Origin: Deltaproteobacteria bacterium
GTDB taxonomy: Bacteria; UBA10199; JACPAL01
DNA length: 64,000 nt
Direction of reading: 5' to 3'
Assembly: GCA_016180855.1 (NCBI GenBank)
Contig: JACPAL010000005.1
Coordinates: 52,905-116,904, forward strand
How positions within the stretch are numbered: the first letter of the stretch is position 1; the number at the start of each line of letters is the position of its first letter. Shown piece after piece: positions 33,701 to 42,894 of the stretch. The position numbers and the translations under genes are program-made. Below the pieces are notes generated by a model. That model saw nothing but the letters and a program-made list of their open reading frames with translations. It was not told where the DNA came from and did not search any database.

Positions 33701-35086
33701 ATGGGGATTACCATAGTTCAAAAAAGCGACCTGTCGAAAAAGAAGTCACATGCAAAGATTGCGTTGGTGCTTGCCGGCGGGGCGATAACCGGTGGGACCT
33801 ACAAGGTCGGTGGACTCAAGGCGCTGGACGATTTTCTGGTCAATCGGAAGGTGACCGATTTTGACATGTATGTTGGTGTCTCCGCCGGCGGGCTCCTCGC
33901 AGTTCCGCTCGCAGGCGGTATCGGCCCGGATGAGATTTTAAAAAGTCTGGATGGCTCCTCGAAATTGTTTTCCCAGCTTTCACCCTGGGAGGTTTATTAT
34001 CCGAACTTCAGGGAATTTTTTGAGAGGCCTCTTGGCTATCTCTACCACAAAATGACCTACTTTCCCGGAATTCTCTATGACTCCCTTCTGGCCTTTCCCA
34101 AGTTGTGGAAGCCTCTCCGGTCCGGCTTTGAGAAGTTTCTGGCAGATCCCGATTACAGTCATTTTGAATCGATGCTGCGTCCGTTGGCCAAGATTGCCTA
34201 TTCAGGAAGGAGCATGCCCTCGCTTTCCGAGGCGTTTCCGTCGGGTCTCTTCGATACCCGTTCTTTGGAGAGGTTCATGCGAAAAAATTTGGTTCGGAAT
34301 GATCTGCCGAACGACTTTAGGGCATTTCAGAAGATCAACGGAAAATCTCTTTACATTTGTGCCATGAACATCGATTCCTCGGAGCGTGTTGTGTTTGGGG
34401 CGGACGAGAAGAATGATGTCTCGATCTCTGAGGCGGTTCAGGCCTCTCTCTCACTGCCGCCGTTTTACAAACCGGCCCGGATCAAGGGAATTGATTACAT
34501 TGATGGAGCGGTTCGTAAGACATTGAATGCGGATGTTGCGATTGCCAAAGGGGCCCAGCTCGTTATCTGCTATAATCCTTTTCGTCCTTATTCGAACAAA
34601 CTGGTTATGGAATATCTGCGTGAGGAGGATGAATATGTCACCCGGAGCCGGAGACTCTCCTCCAGCGGTATTTTTATGATACTGAATCAGGTTTTTCGGA
34701 CCGTCCTTCATACCCGTGTTCGCTATTTTACTGACCAGATACGTTCCGATCCGAAGTTTAAAGGGGATCTCATCCTGATTGAACCGAAGGAGGATGATCC
34801 GGTCTTTTTTGAGATGAACCCGTTCTCTTTCTGGAGTCGCGCCCAGGCCGCGCAACACGGTTTTAATTCTGTCCGGCAAACAATCCGGGCGCGGTATGAC
34901 GAGGTTGAAAAAATCCTTTCAAGCTATGGGATTACAATGACTCAGGAGCTCGTGGATCTGGATTATGAGACGATGAAAAAAGCGACCTCCGACGATGTTA
35001 CGATCATGTCCGTTCTCGAACAAAAAGGTTTTCGAGGTCAGTCCAGGAATGCCATTTCGCGCCTCCGCCTTGTGGCCCATTCGTGA
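33701..35086 (+). CDS. Patatin-like phospholipase
   Basis: Oxyanion LAGGAITGG, nucleophile elbow GVSAGG, catalytic Asp in YIDGAV. Confidence 0.8.
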   Translation: MGITIVQKSDLSKKKSHAKIALVLAGGAITGGTYKVGGLKALDDFLVNRKVTDFDMYVGVSAGGLLAVPLAGGIGPDEILKSLDGSSKLFSQLSPWEVYYPNFREFFERPLGYLYHKMTYFPGILYDSLLAFPKLWKPLRSGFEKFLADPDYSHFESMLRPLAKIAYSGRSMPSLSEAFPSGLFDTRSLERFMRKNLVRNDLPNDFRAFQKINGKSLYICAMNIDSSERVVFGADEKNDVSISEAVQASLSLPPFYKPARIKGIDYIDGAVRKTLNADVAIAKGAQLVICYNPFRPYSNKLVMEYLREEDEYVTRSRRLSSSGIFMILNQVFRTVLHTRVRYFTDQIRSDPKFKGDLILIEPKEDDPVFFEMNPFSFWSRAQAAQHGFNSVRQTIRARYDEVEKILSSYGITMTQELVDLDYETMKKATSDDVTIMSVLEQKGFRGQSRNAISRLRLVAHS

Positions 35087-36264
35087 GAGTCTATTCCGTT
35101 ACCGAGATCAATCGGGAGGTCAAGCAGCAGCTTGAGTCAGGCTGGTCGGATATTTGTGTTCAGGGAGAGATTTCCAATTTCAGACGTTCCCAGAAAGGGC
35201 ATTGTTATTTTTCCCTCAAGGATGAACGTTCCCAGCTCGAGGTGGTCCTGTTTCAGGGGGCTGCTTCCCGTCTCCGCTTTCTGCTGGAGAACGGGTTGTC
35301 GGTCAGGGCGTTCGGCTCCCTGACACTCTATGAGGCCGCAGGCAGGTATCAACTTACCGTCGTTCATCTGGAGCCGGAAGGGCCGGGTGAACTTCAGCTC
35401 GCCTTCGAACAGCTTAAAAAGAGACTTGAGGTGGAAGGTCTTTTTGATACGGCAAGGAAGCGTCCCTTGCCAAAGTTGCCGAGGACCATTGGCCTCGTGA
35501 CCTCTCTCCAGGGGGCGGTGATTCGGGATATGATTCATGTTGCTCGGCGCCGGTATCCAAATATCGAAATCTTGATTGCACCGGCACCCGTTCAGGGACG
35601 GGAGGCAGCGCCGGAGATCGCCGATGCGATCCGGAACCTGGACGCAGAAGAGATCGATCTCTTGATTGTTGGACGGGGAGGCGGTTCGATCGAGGATTTA
35701 TGGGGTTTTAATGAGGAGGTTGTTGCACGGGCGATCTTTCAATGTCGTCACCCCGTGATTTCGGCGGTAGGGCATGAAACCGATTTTACGATCGCCGATT
35801 TTGTGGCGGACCTTCGGGCGCCGACACCGTCTGCGGCGGCAGAGCTGGCGGTGCCGGTTAGGGAGGAGATTGAAGCTACTCTGCAGGATTTGAGGGAACA
35901 GCTGGCCCATCTGATTAAATCCAAAATTGGTCATGAGAGGCTTCGCTTGAAACAATGGCGGGGGTATCTTCGTGATCCGCGGCGTTGGCTCGAAGAACGA
36001 CTTCTCCGTCTCGATGCCTTGAGGGAGAAAATGAAGCTGGTTGTTTCTCACCAGATTTCGGCCTTGTCCGAAAAACTCCTTCGTTTCAAGACTCATTTAC
36101 GGGTGATCGGTCCGTTGGCGACCCTGGAAAGGGGATATGCGATTGCCGTCGGTCCATCCGGCATTCCCCTTCGTGATGCTGATCAGGTGAGGGTTGACGA
36201 TCTCGTCACGATTCGTCTGGCGCGCGGTTCACTCACGAGTCGAGTCACACAGAAGAACCGTTAA
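35083..36264 (+). CDS. xseA: Exodeoxyribonuclease VII large subunit
   Basis: OB-fold N-terminus (ISNFRRSQKGHCYFSLKDE) and catalytic core blocks (GRGGGSIEDLW). Confidence 0.85.
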   Translation: MRVYSVTEINREVKQQLESGWSDICVQGEISNFRRSQKGHCYFSLKDERSQLEVVLFQGAASRLRFLLENGLSVRAFGSLTLYEAAGRYQLTVVHLEPEGPGELQLAFEQLKKRLEVEGLFDTARKRPLPKLPRTIGLVTSLQGAVIRDMIHVARRRYPNIEILIAPAPVQGREAAPEIADAIRNLDAEEIDLLIVGRGGGSIEDLWGFNEEVVARAIFQCRHPVISAVGHETDFTIADFVADLRAPTPSAAAELAVPVREEIEATLQDLREQLAHLIKSKIGHERLRLKQWRGYLRDPRRWLEERLLRLDALREKMKLVVSHQISALSEKLLRFKTHLRVIGPLATLERGYAIAVGPSGIPLRDADQVRVDDLVTIRLARGSLTSRVTQKNR

Positions 36265-36300
36265 GCGATCGGTTGCATTGCGGCCTGTCGTGCGCTAGGG

Positions 36301-36531
36301 ATGCCCGCTGTTATGCCCAAGAGCGAAAAATTTGAAAACTCCCTGGAGAGACTGGAAAAAATTGCGGAGCGTCTTGAGTCGGGAGAGCTTTCCCTTGAGG
36401 ATTCCCTGAAGGTGTTTGAAGAGGGGATGAAGCTTTCGGAGCAATGTGAGAATCAGCTGAATGCGGCACAGAAAAAGATCGAAATTCTCATGAAGGACAA
36501 GTCGAAGAAGAAGTGGGAGCCCGAAGAATAG
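36301..36531 (+). CDS. xseB: Exodeoxyribonuclease VII small subunit
   Basis: [31 protein letters not shown] signature. Confidence 0.85.
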   Translation: MPAVMPKSEKFENSLERLEKIAERLESGELSLEDSLKVFEEGMKLSEQCENQLNAAQKKIEILMKDKSKKKWEPEE

Positions 36532-36534
36532 TTT

Positions 36535-37422
36535 ATGGATATTAAGGCTTATCTTGAAGATCAAAAAAAGAGAGTCGACCGCTTTTTAGAATCTCTTTTT
36601 ACTGACAGAAAAAGGCTCTCATCACTCACGGAATCGGTTCGCTACAGCCTTCTGGCAGGCGGGAAGAGAATTAGGCCTGTTTTGACGCTGGCCGCCTGTG
36701 AAGCTTGCGGGATGGGAGAAGAGGGGGAGACTCTTTCCCTTCCGGTGGGGGCCGCCCTGGAACTGATTCATACCTACTCCCTCATTCATGACGACCTTCC
36801 GGCGATGGACAATGACGACCTCCGTCGTGGACGGCCGACCAACCACAAGGTGTATGGAGAGGCGATGGCGATTTTGGCCGGGGATACACTTCTGACTGAG
36901 GCGTTTCATCTGATCTCAAATTTAAAGACAAAAAATCCGGAGCGATTGCTGAAGGTTATAGGTGAGATTTCACAGGCGGCCGGTGCTAACGGAATGGCCG
37001 GAGGTCAGGCGATCGATCTGGAGGCTCAGGGAAAACTTCTTTTGCCACAACAGTTGGAACAATTGCATCGGATGAAAACGGGTTGTCTTATGGAGGCCTC
37101 TGTTGTTGTTGGCGCGATGCTGGCGGATGCCGATACATCAAAATTACGGGCAATTCGGGACTATGGTGCGGCGATCGGTCTCTCTTTCCAGATTGCGGAT
37201 GACATCCTGGATGTCGAAGGGGGAACGGAGGAGCTGGGGAAACCGGCCGGGAGCGACGAGGCCAAATCAAAACCGACCTACCCCTCGATTTTGGGACTTG
37301 AGGCCTCAAGAAGGCTGGCCCAGGAATCGACCGATCGTGCCCTCAATGCACTCCATTCTTTTGATGAACGGGCAGAACCTTTGAGAGAGATTGCCCGCTA
37401 CATCATTTCGAGGCGGAGTTGA
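36535..37422 (+). CDS. ispA: (2E,6E)-farnesyl/geranyl diphosphate synthase (polyprenyl synthetase)
   Basis: FARM LIHDDLPAMDNDDLRRG and SARM FQIADDILD; classic xseB-ispA linkage. Confidence 0.85.
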   Translation: MDIKAYLEDQKKRVDRFLESLFTDRKRLSSLTESVRYSLLAGGKRIRPVLTLAACEACGMGEEGETLSLPVGAALELIHTYSLIHDDLPAMDNDDLRRGRPTNHKVYGEAMAILAGDTLLTEAFHLISNLKTKNPERLLKVIGEISQAAGANGMAGGQAIDLEAQGKLLLPQQLEQLHRMKTGCLMEASVVVGAMLADADTSKLRAIRDYGAAIGLSFQIADDILDVEGGTEELGKPAGSDEAKSKPTYPSILGLEASRRLAQESTDRALNALHSFDERAEPLREIARYIISRRS

Positions 37423-37425
37423 AAG

Positions 37426-38457
37426 TTAAGGGATTACTGCGATCTTGAGCGGATTCTCGACAGCCCCTTTACGAAAGATCTGATTTAGGTCTTTCAATTT
37501 TGTTTCGCCCACAATCAACGGTCTCACGTTGATCTTCCCTTCAACAATGAGTGAGAGAGACTTTTCAAAGTACTTCGGCGTGTGATGGAAGACGCCGTGC
37601 ATCGAGACCTCTTGGTAGTGAAGTTTGTGTGTATCCAGAGAAACCTGTGTTCCCCGCGGGCACCCGCCGTAAAACCAGACGCGCCCCCCCTTGCGGACAA
37701 GGCGAGTCGCAAGCTCCCAGGTGGCCGGTTGACCGGCCCCCTCGATTACAAGATCAGGGCCATAGTTTCCCTGTGTCAGATCCTTAACCCTTTCCAGATA
37801 TCCTTCATGGAGACTACTCACGATATGGTCGGCCCCCAGACCTTTCGCGACGTTCAGTTTTTCCTCCCCACGTCCCAGCACAATGACCTTGAGGCCGTAG
37901 AGTTTTCCCAATTGTACAAAGAAAAGCCCGCAAGGACCGGCGCCAATGATGCAGACCGTTTGATCGGTGCGTTGGATCGCCTTGTCGATACAATGAACGG
38001 CACAGGCGAGCGGTTCTGTAACAGCCGCCTCTCTGAATGAAAGGCCCGCTGGAATTTTATAAAGATTTTTTTGGACAATTTTTGCCGGGACACGGATGTA
38101 CTCGGCATAAGCCCCCGTCAGAAACTCGAGATTTTCGCAGAGATTTTCCTGCTCTCTATGGCAGAAGAAACAGTCTCCACAAGGGGCGGAGTTGGCGGCG
38201 ACAACCCGGTCACCGACATGAAACCGGCGGACCTGGGAACCAACCTCCGCGATCGTTCCCGCCATCTCATGACCAAACGGTGCCGGAATGCTCTTGACGA
38301 GCATCGGGTGTCCTTTTCGGAACAGTTTAAAATCGGTCCCGCAGGTCATGGCGGCCCCAATCCGGATCAAGACCTCATCCGGGTTAATCTGGGGGATCTC
38401 AACCTCTTCGACCCGCATCTCTTCGGGGCCATACCAAAGTGCCGCTTGCATCTTCAT
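37426..38457 (-). CDS. Zinc-dependent alcohol dehydrogenase (MDR superfamily, threonine/sorbitol dehydrogenase-like)
   Basis: Zn ligands (CGTD...GHE; structural CGDCFFC), Rossmann GAGPCG. Confidence 0.8.
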   Translation of the reverse strand: MKMQAALWYGPEEMRVEEVEIPQINPDEVLIRIGAAMTCGTDFKLFRKGHPMLVKSIPAPFGHEMAGTIAEVGSQVRRFHVGDRVVAANSAPCGDCFFCHREQENLCENLEFLTGAYAEYIRVPAKIVQKNLYKIPAGLSFREAAVTEPLACAVHCIDKAIQRTDQTVCIIGAGPCGLFFVQLGKLYGLKVIVLGRGEEKLNVAKGLGADHIVSSLHEGYLERVKDLTQGNYGPDLVIEGAGQPATWELATRLVRKGGRVWFYGGCPRGTQVSLDTHKLHYQEVSMHGVFHHTPKYFEKSLSLIVEGKINVRPLIVGETKLKDLNQIFRKGAVENPLKIAVIP

Positions 38458-38665
38458 AGCGACCTGGATGCCTAATTCGTTTATTTTTACTTGTCAATTT
38501 TCTCGATGGGGTCTGTAAAATCTCAAATTTCACCGCGGCGGAATTGTGAAACCTTTTTTTTGCAAGAGCCGAATACCCCCGCATGACATTACCCATCGGC
38601 CCAGCCGCCGCCAGAGCAACCCAAACACCGGGCGTTGAAAAAACAGGGGGGGTTCTCCGGCATTC

Positions 38666-39637
38666 TTGGCGGCAACTTCAACCTTTGTGGTCGGCGGAGT
38701 CTTGACAGCCCTTGCGCGGCGGCTTGGCGTCTACGGTTCCGGGCCACTTCTCCCACGGCTTTTTGGAAATCCGCTTCCTCCAAAAATTCCCCATATCCGT
38801 TTCTGGATCGGCTATGCCGATGACCGTTTGACAAAACCTGAATTTTTGGAGGGCCTGAAAAAAGTTTTGATTCCCGATACGACGGCCGTTGGAAGCGGAA
38901 AAGGTCTTATCGGTTACATGCCCGTAGTACCCGGCAAGGCGTTTTATCGTACCGGCTCACCACCGGGTGTCCTTACAACGCCTGACGAATTTGCGCTTGT
39001 TGTTTACCGAGATGAGGCCGTCTACCAGGCGATCCGAAAAACCCCTGAAGGGGCCGCATACGGGGCACATCATTTCAATCTGGACGATATTGCCGATAAA
39101 ATTGGGCTTCCCTTGTTAAAGGGAAAAGGGTTTTTTGTTAAAGAGGCTTCCGGAAAAGGCACCAGCGGAAGCGCCGTTGTCCAGGCTTATCAGGGAAAGG
39201 TAGAAATCGGTTCCGCCTATGTGACAAGGCTTAAAGAGCGGTTCGACTGGCAGGGCCGTACCGTTTACGTAAGGATTCGAATCCGCAATACCGGAGTCAG
39301 CGATTCGGATTATTTGTCGAGTATCCAACGGTCCCTCAACTGGACCTCCAAACAAAAACAACTCACGGGCCATATCGTTCGTGTTGAGAAAGATTTTACC
39401 TTGGAATATTTCATGGCCGACGACATGGGAGACTGGGTGCGTTTCTTATCCAATGAAACCGCGAAAATCTTGCGCAAGCGCCATCCCTTGTCCCACATCA
39501 CTCACAGCGACTGGATGATAGAGGTGAAACCGCTCCCAAACAGCGCCGCCCAGTCGGGCACATTCCCTCTAGATTGGAGAAGCGGCTATCAGTTGGTCTT
39601 TCCGACCGAACCTTGGGATCCCACGCATCGAGCGTGA
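38666..39637 (+). CDS. Hypothetical protein (no family recognised)
   Basis: Long ORF with gene-like composition; start uncertain. Confidence 0.4.
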   Translation: MAATSTFVVGGVLTALARRLGVYGSGPLLPRLFGNPLPPKIPHIRFWIGYADDRLTKPEFLEGLKKVLIPDTTAVGSGKGLIGYMPVVPGKAFYRTGSPPGVLTTPDEFALVVYRDEAVYQAIRKTPEGAAYGAHHFNLDDIADKIGLPLLKGKGFFVKEASGKGTSGSAVVQAYQGKVEIGSAYVTRLKERFDWQGRTVYVRIRIRNTGVSDSDYLSSIQRSLNWTSKQKQLTGHIVRVEKDFTLEYFMADDMGDWVRFLSNETAKILRKRHPLSHITHSDWMIEVKPLPNSAAQSGTFPLDWRSGYQLVFPTEPWDPTHRA

Positions 39638-40401
39638 TCTCGGAGAGTGAAGTCGATTTTGGACCACCCCCTCAAAAACGTCGTTGCATTCCAATGCCAA
39701 AACCACCACCCCATTGCCTCCGTTGTGGAGCGGGATTCCAGCCGTTGATGGCGGCGAGTTCGAAAATGATTCCCCACCCTGATCGGCCTGTAGCACCTAT
39801 TGTGAGACCCGTTCGCATGCTTGTTAGGTTCCAGGTGCTTGGCTCTCTGGAAGAATGATCGCCAACTGGCCTGTCATGGGCCGGTATTATTTCCGGTCCC
39901 AAGAGGAAAAAGAGTGACATTTCCGATTCAAAGAGCAACCTTCTCGAATCAAAGAGTGAGGTCCGACCGATTTTAACACCGGTCGACAGGCCACCTTGGA
40001 GCCTCATTTTATGGGAGTGGATATCAATCTCTGGTCTTCTGTGGGAGGGGGCATCGGACGAATAATGCCGAAAGGCATGAAATTGTGAGTAGGAAAAATC
40101 AGTTCGTGGTGCAATGAAATAGGTTTCAGGTTCACGGCTAGATCCACCCTCCTTAAGAGTAAAATCTCGTTGGCACGAAAGGGTTAACGTCCTGTAGTCT
40201 GCTTCGATTTGGGGTGATTCCTCCCTTTTGTCATTGAGATCAGTGCCCCCTGGCCCTTCCCAATGGAGATAATCGGTTGTAAAATCCGTCCCCCCTTGTA
40301 CCGCCAGCCGCCAATTTTTTTGTGACATAGAAACCTCCCTTCAACCGCTTGGAGGGTCGTCGTTTTTGGAGTTGAAAAAGGTGCTCGAGTTTCCGAGAAA
40401 T

Positions 40402-40434
40402 TGTACCCTTGCGGGGTACAGGGCCTATTTTTTC
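40402..40434. terminator. Hairpin TGTACCC-ttgc-GGGTACA immediately downstream of the minus-strand lipoprotein gene; a T6 run follows on the plus strand (bidirectional terminator-like)
   Basis: 7-bp GC-rich stem with tetraloop; ATTTCT on the minus side, TATTTTTT on the plus side. Confidence 0.5.
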
Positions 40435-41105
40435 GGAGGCAATTTTATCTGTTTGAAAATGGGGCCAAGCTTGTAGAGTTTTTGGCTCGATTGGGTCTTC
40501 TCTGATTTCTCTTTGTCCACTTGATCTGGAAGTGCCAAGTCTTTTTCCTTTGGATCAGGGGGAGAATCAAAAAAATCAGGCTCTTCATCGACGTTATCGG
40601 CCTCCTCTTCATATGGCTCGTTCTTTTCATGGGGGATGAGATGGATATCAATCCCTTCTCCCCTCCTTTTGAGCAGGAGCAAAAAGTCGCCGGGACTACT
40701 TTTGAGAGTTCCATCAAGGTCAGTTTGGTAGGGAGCGGATGTTTTGTCGCACGGTTCTTCGGCCTCAGGCGATTCATACGTTGTCAGGTGGAATTGTTTA
40801 TCTTCCGTATCAACCTCTACCTCGAGATAGGGACATTTTCCCCACCCTTTGTTCATCCAAATTTTTTCTTTCTCCTGGGGGGTCTCTTCGGTGTAAGAGG
40901 GCTTCTCTTGCGGATTGTCTTGGGGGTCAAAGGTTGGTATCTCCTCTGCTTCGGTCTCCTCATTTGTATCACTCTCTTCCCCTTCCGGGTTGGGGTTCCC
41001 CGCCCTCGTAATCGACTGTTCTGAATCGATGAGTTGATCCAGCCCACAGCCGTTGATCAACAGCAGAGAAGTGATGCTTATTATAGTGAGAATGAATTTA
41101 TTCAT
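40425..41105 (-). CDS. Acidic, proline/glutamate-rich lipoprotein (hypothetical)
   Basis: Signal plus LLINGCG; Glu/Asp/Pro-rich body. Confidence 0.55.
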   Translation of the reverse strand: MNKFILTIISITSLLLINGCGLDQLIDSEQSITRAGNPNPEGEESDTNEETEAEEIPTFDPQDNPQEKPSYTEETPQEKEKIWMNKGWGKCPYLEVEVDTEDKQFHLTTYESPEAEEPCDKTSAPYQTDLDGTLKSSPGDFLLLLKRRGEGIDIHLIPHEKNEPYEEEADNVDEEPDFFDSPPDPKEKDLALPDQVDKEKSEKTQSSQKLYKLGPIFKQIKLPPKK

Positions 41106-41958
41106 GGGGGACTCCATTTAAATCGGTTAACGTAAATAATTGGCAGTTGAATTGACAAACTGTTGTTGCCTCGGTATCTGGTTTTTCGAATCTCTGCATG
41201 ATTTTTGTCTGAAACTCCTGAATCTCCTGCTTGATCTGCTTGAATTGGGTCAGTGTCAGCGCCGCGGTGAGTCCGGAGACCTCGCGGTGCCACCCGCTAT
41301 CTCTTAAGAGAGATTCCTTCGCTTGATTCAGCATCTCTTGATGAAACTGGGTCATGCAGACATCGGCTACTTCCGCAGGAGTGGTGAGTGTTGAATCGGT
41401 TAGTTTGAATTTGTTTCCCTTTTCTCGCGTGAGGAGTCCCAATTCGAGCAATAGCTGAATTGCCCTTTTTGCTTCAGCAGGAGATATCTTGTATCGCAAT
41501 TTTTTGCTAATCCATGAGGGGTCATCGCGAAAATCCTGTAAGGCCGCCATTTCTCGTATAACGGGGATGTACCAGCGTGAAAAATACTCATATTGGCCCT
41601 TTGTAAGCCGCGTTCCATGTTCCTTCTTTAAGATGGGCAAGAGCTGTTCGTAATAATGACGCTTGATCTCCACACTTTTGGCCTGATTAAAATGCACCAG
41701 ATTCTCAAAAAAATGCCGCTCCCGGGCGGTAAGGCAGAGGGCACGAGAAAAACCGTCGAGAGATTTACCGATAATGTTTCTTTTACCTTTAATAGTATCA
41801 AGGAGATAGCTTGGTGAGGAAAGACCTGCCTTGCGGGAAAAAAGGCGGTAGGAGAATTTCGGATTCTCCTCCTTCTTGGCATTGTAAAAATCGGCCAGAT
41901 AATGCCGGTAATTGGTGTACCCCAGGAGATTGAGCTTCTTTCTTTTCGGTAGTTCCAT
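41098..41958 (-). CDS. TIGR02147-family protein (DUF4423; Fibrobacter/Bdellovibrio/Myxococcus paralogous family)
   Basis: Signature N-terminus YRHYLADFYNAKKEENPKFSYRLFSRKAGLSSPSYLLDTIKGKRNI. Confidence 0.6.
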   Translation of the reverse strand: MELPKRKKLNLLGYTNYRHYLADFYNAKKEENPKFSYRLFSRKAGLSSPSYLLDTIKGKRNIIGKSLDGFSRALCLTARERHFFENLVHFNQAKSVEIKRHYYEQLLPILKKEHGTRLTKGQYEYFSRWYIPVIREMAALQDFRDDPSWISKKLRYKISPAEAKRAIQLLLELGLLTREKGNKFKLTDSTLTTPAEVADVCMTQFHQEMLNQAKESLLRDSGWHREVSGLTAALTLTQFKQIKQEIQEFQTKIMQRFEKPDTEATTVCQFNCQLFTLTDLNGVPHE

Positions 41959-42113
41959 GTCGATATGATTATCGGGACTAACCGGCCATTAGTTGCCAAA
42001 AAAGTACCCTGTCAGGGTACAATTTTAAGTTTTTCGACGAATCGGGAAAGGGCCATCTTGATTGACAGATAATAAAATTGCCTCACGACCTCCCGGAGTC
42101 TACAAGAGAGGTT

Positions 42114-42833
42114 ATGAAGAGGATTCGTGCGGACCAGCTTCTCGTCCAAAAAGGTCTCGTTTCCTCTCGTGAGAAGGCCCAGCGGCTCATTCTGGCGGGT
42201 GGGGTTTTGTCTCCTGGCGGAGTAGTCAAAAAGCCGGGTGCGTTGTTCCCCGAAGAGGTTGTTTTTACGATCAAGGAGAAAGAGCCGTTTGTGAGCCGGG
42301 GGGGATCAAAACTGGCGCCGGCTCTGGATGAATTCGATATTCAGGTTCAAGGGAAAGTCTGTCTCGATGTTGGTGCCTCGACCGGCGGATTTACCGATTG
42401 TCTCCTCCAGCGGGGTGCCTGTCGGGTTTACGCGGTTGATGTAGGTCATGGTCAGCTCGACATCCGCTTGCGTGAGGACCCTCGTGTTGTCGTGATGGAA
42501 AAGACGAATGCCCGCTATCTGAAGAATTTACCGGAACTGATTGATCTGGCGGTCATCGATGTCTCGTTTATCTCGCTTACAAAGATTTTGCCGGTGGTTG
42601 TCCCGTTGCTTGTCCAGAAGGGGGAGCTGATCGTCTTGGTTAAGCCGCAGTTTGAGCTTTCCGCACCAGAAGTGAAAAAAGGGGTGGTGAGGGAGGACGT
42701 GCTTCGTAAAAAGGCGGTATTGAAGATTCGGCAGACGGCCGAGAGGATGAATCTTGGGGTCAGTGGTGAGTCAGAGTCGAAACTTGCCGGACCCAAGGGG
42801 AACCGGGAGGTGTTTCTTCTTCTCCATATTTGA
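42114..42833 (+). CDS. tlyA: TlyA-family rRNA 2'-O-methyltransferase (S4 domain plus FtsJ-like methyltransferase)
   Basis: S4 N-terminus (RADQLLVQKGLVSSREKAQRLILAGGV) and SAM motif LDVGASTGGFTD. Confidence 0.8.
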   Translation: MKRIRADQLLVQKGLVSSREKAQRLILAGGVLSPGGVVKKPGALFPEEVVFTIKEKEPFVSRGGSKLAPALDEFDIQVQGKVCLDVGASTGGFTDCLLQRGACRVYAVDVGHGQLDIRLREDPRVVVMEKTNARYLKNLPELIDLAVIDVSFISLTKILPVVVPLLVQKGELIVLVKPQFELSAPEVKKGVVREDVLRKKAVLKIRQTAERMNLGVSGESESKLAGPKGNREVFLLLHI

Positions 42834-42894
42834 AGAGCGTGCATTTTTTGGGTATGATAAGAAAAAACGGGATGGGGGGCTCTTGAAGGGTCAA

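Noticed and set aside
33701-35086. Patatin phospholipase as a CBASS (CapV-like) effector
   Set aside because: There is no cyclic-oligonucleotide cyclase (CD-NTase) and no Cap2/Cap3 genes nearby. Its neighbours are xseA and a radical SAM gene.
39672-40328. 218-aa minus-strand ORF spanning the gene-poor region
   Set aside because: It has low-complexity Gly/Arg/Ser-rich composition, no signal peptide or domain, and an atypical residue pattern. It is more likely a chance frame in non-coding DNA, so I did not list it as a CDS.
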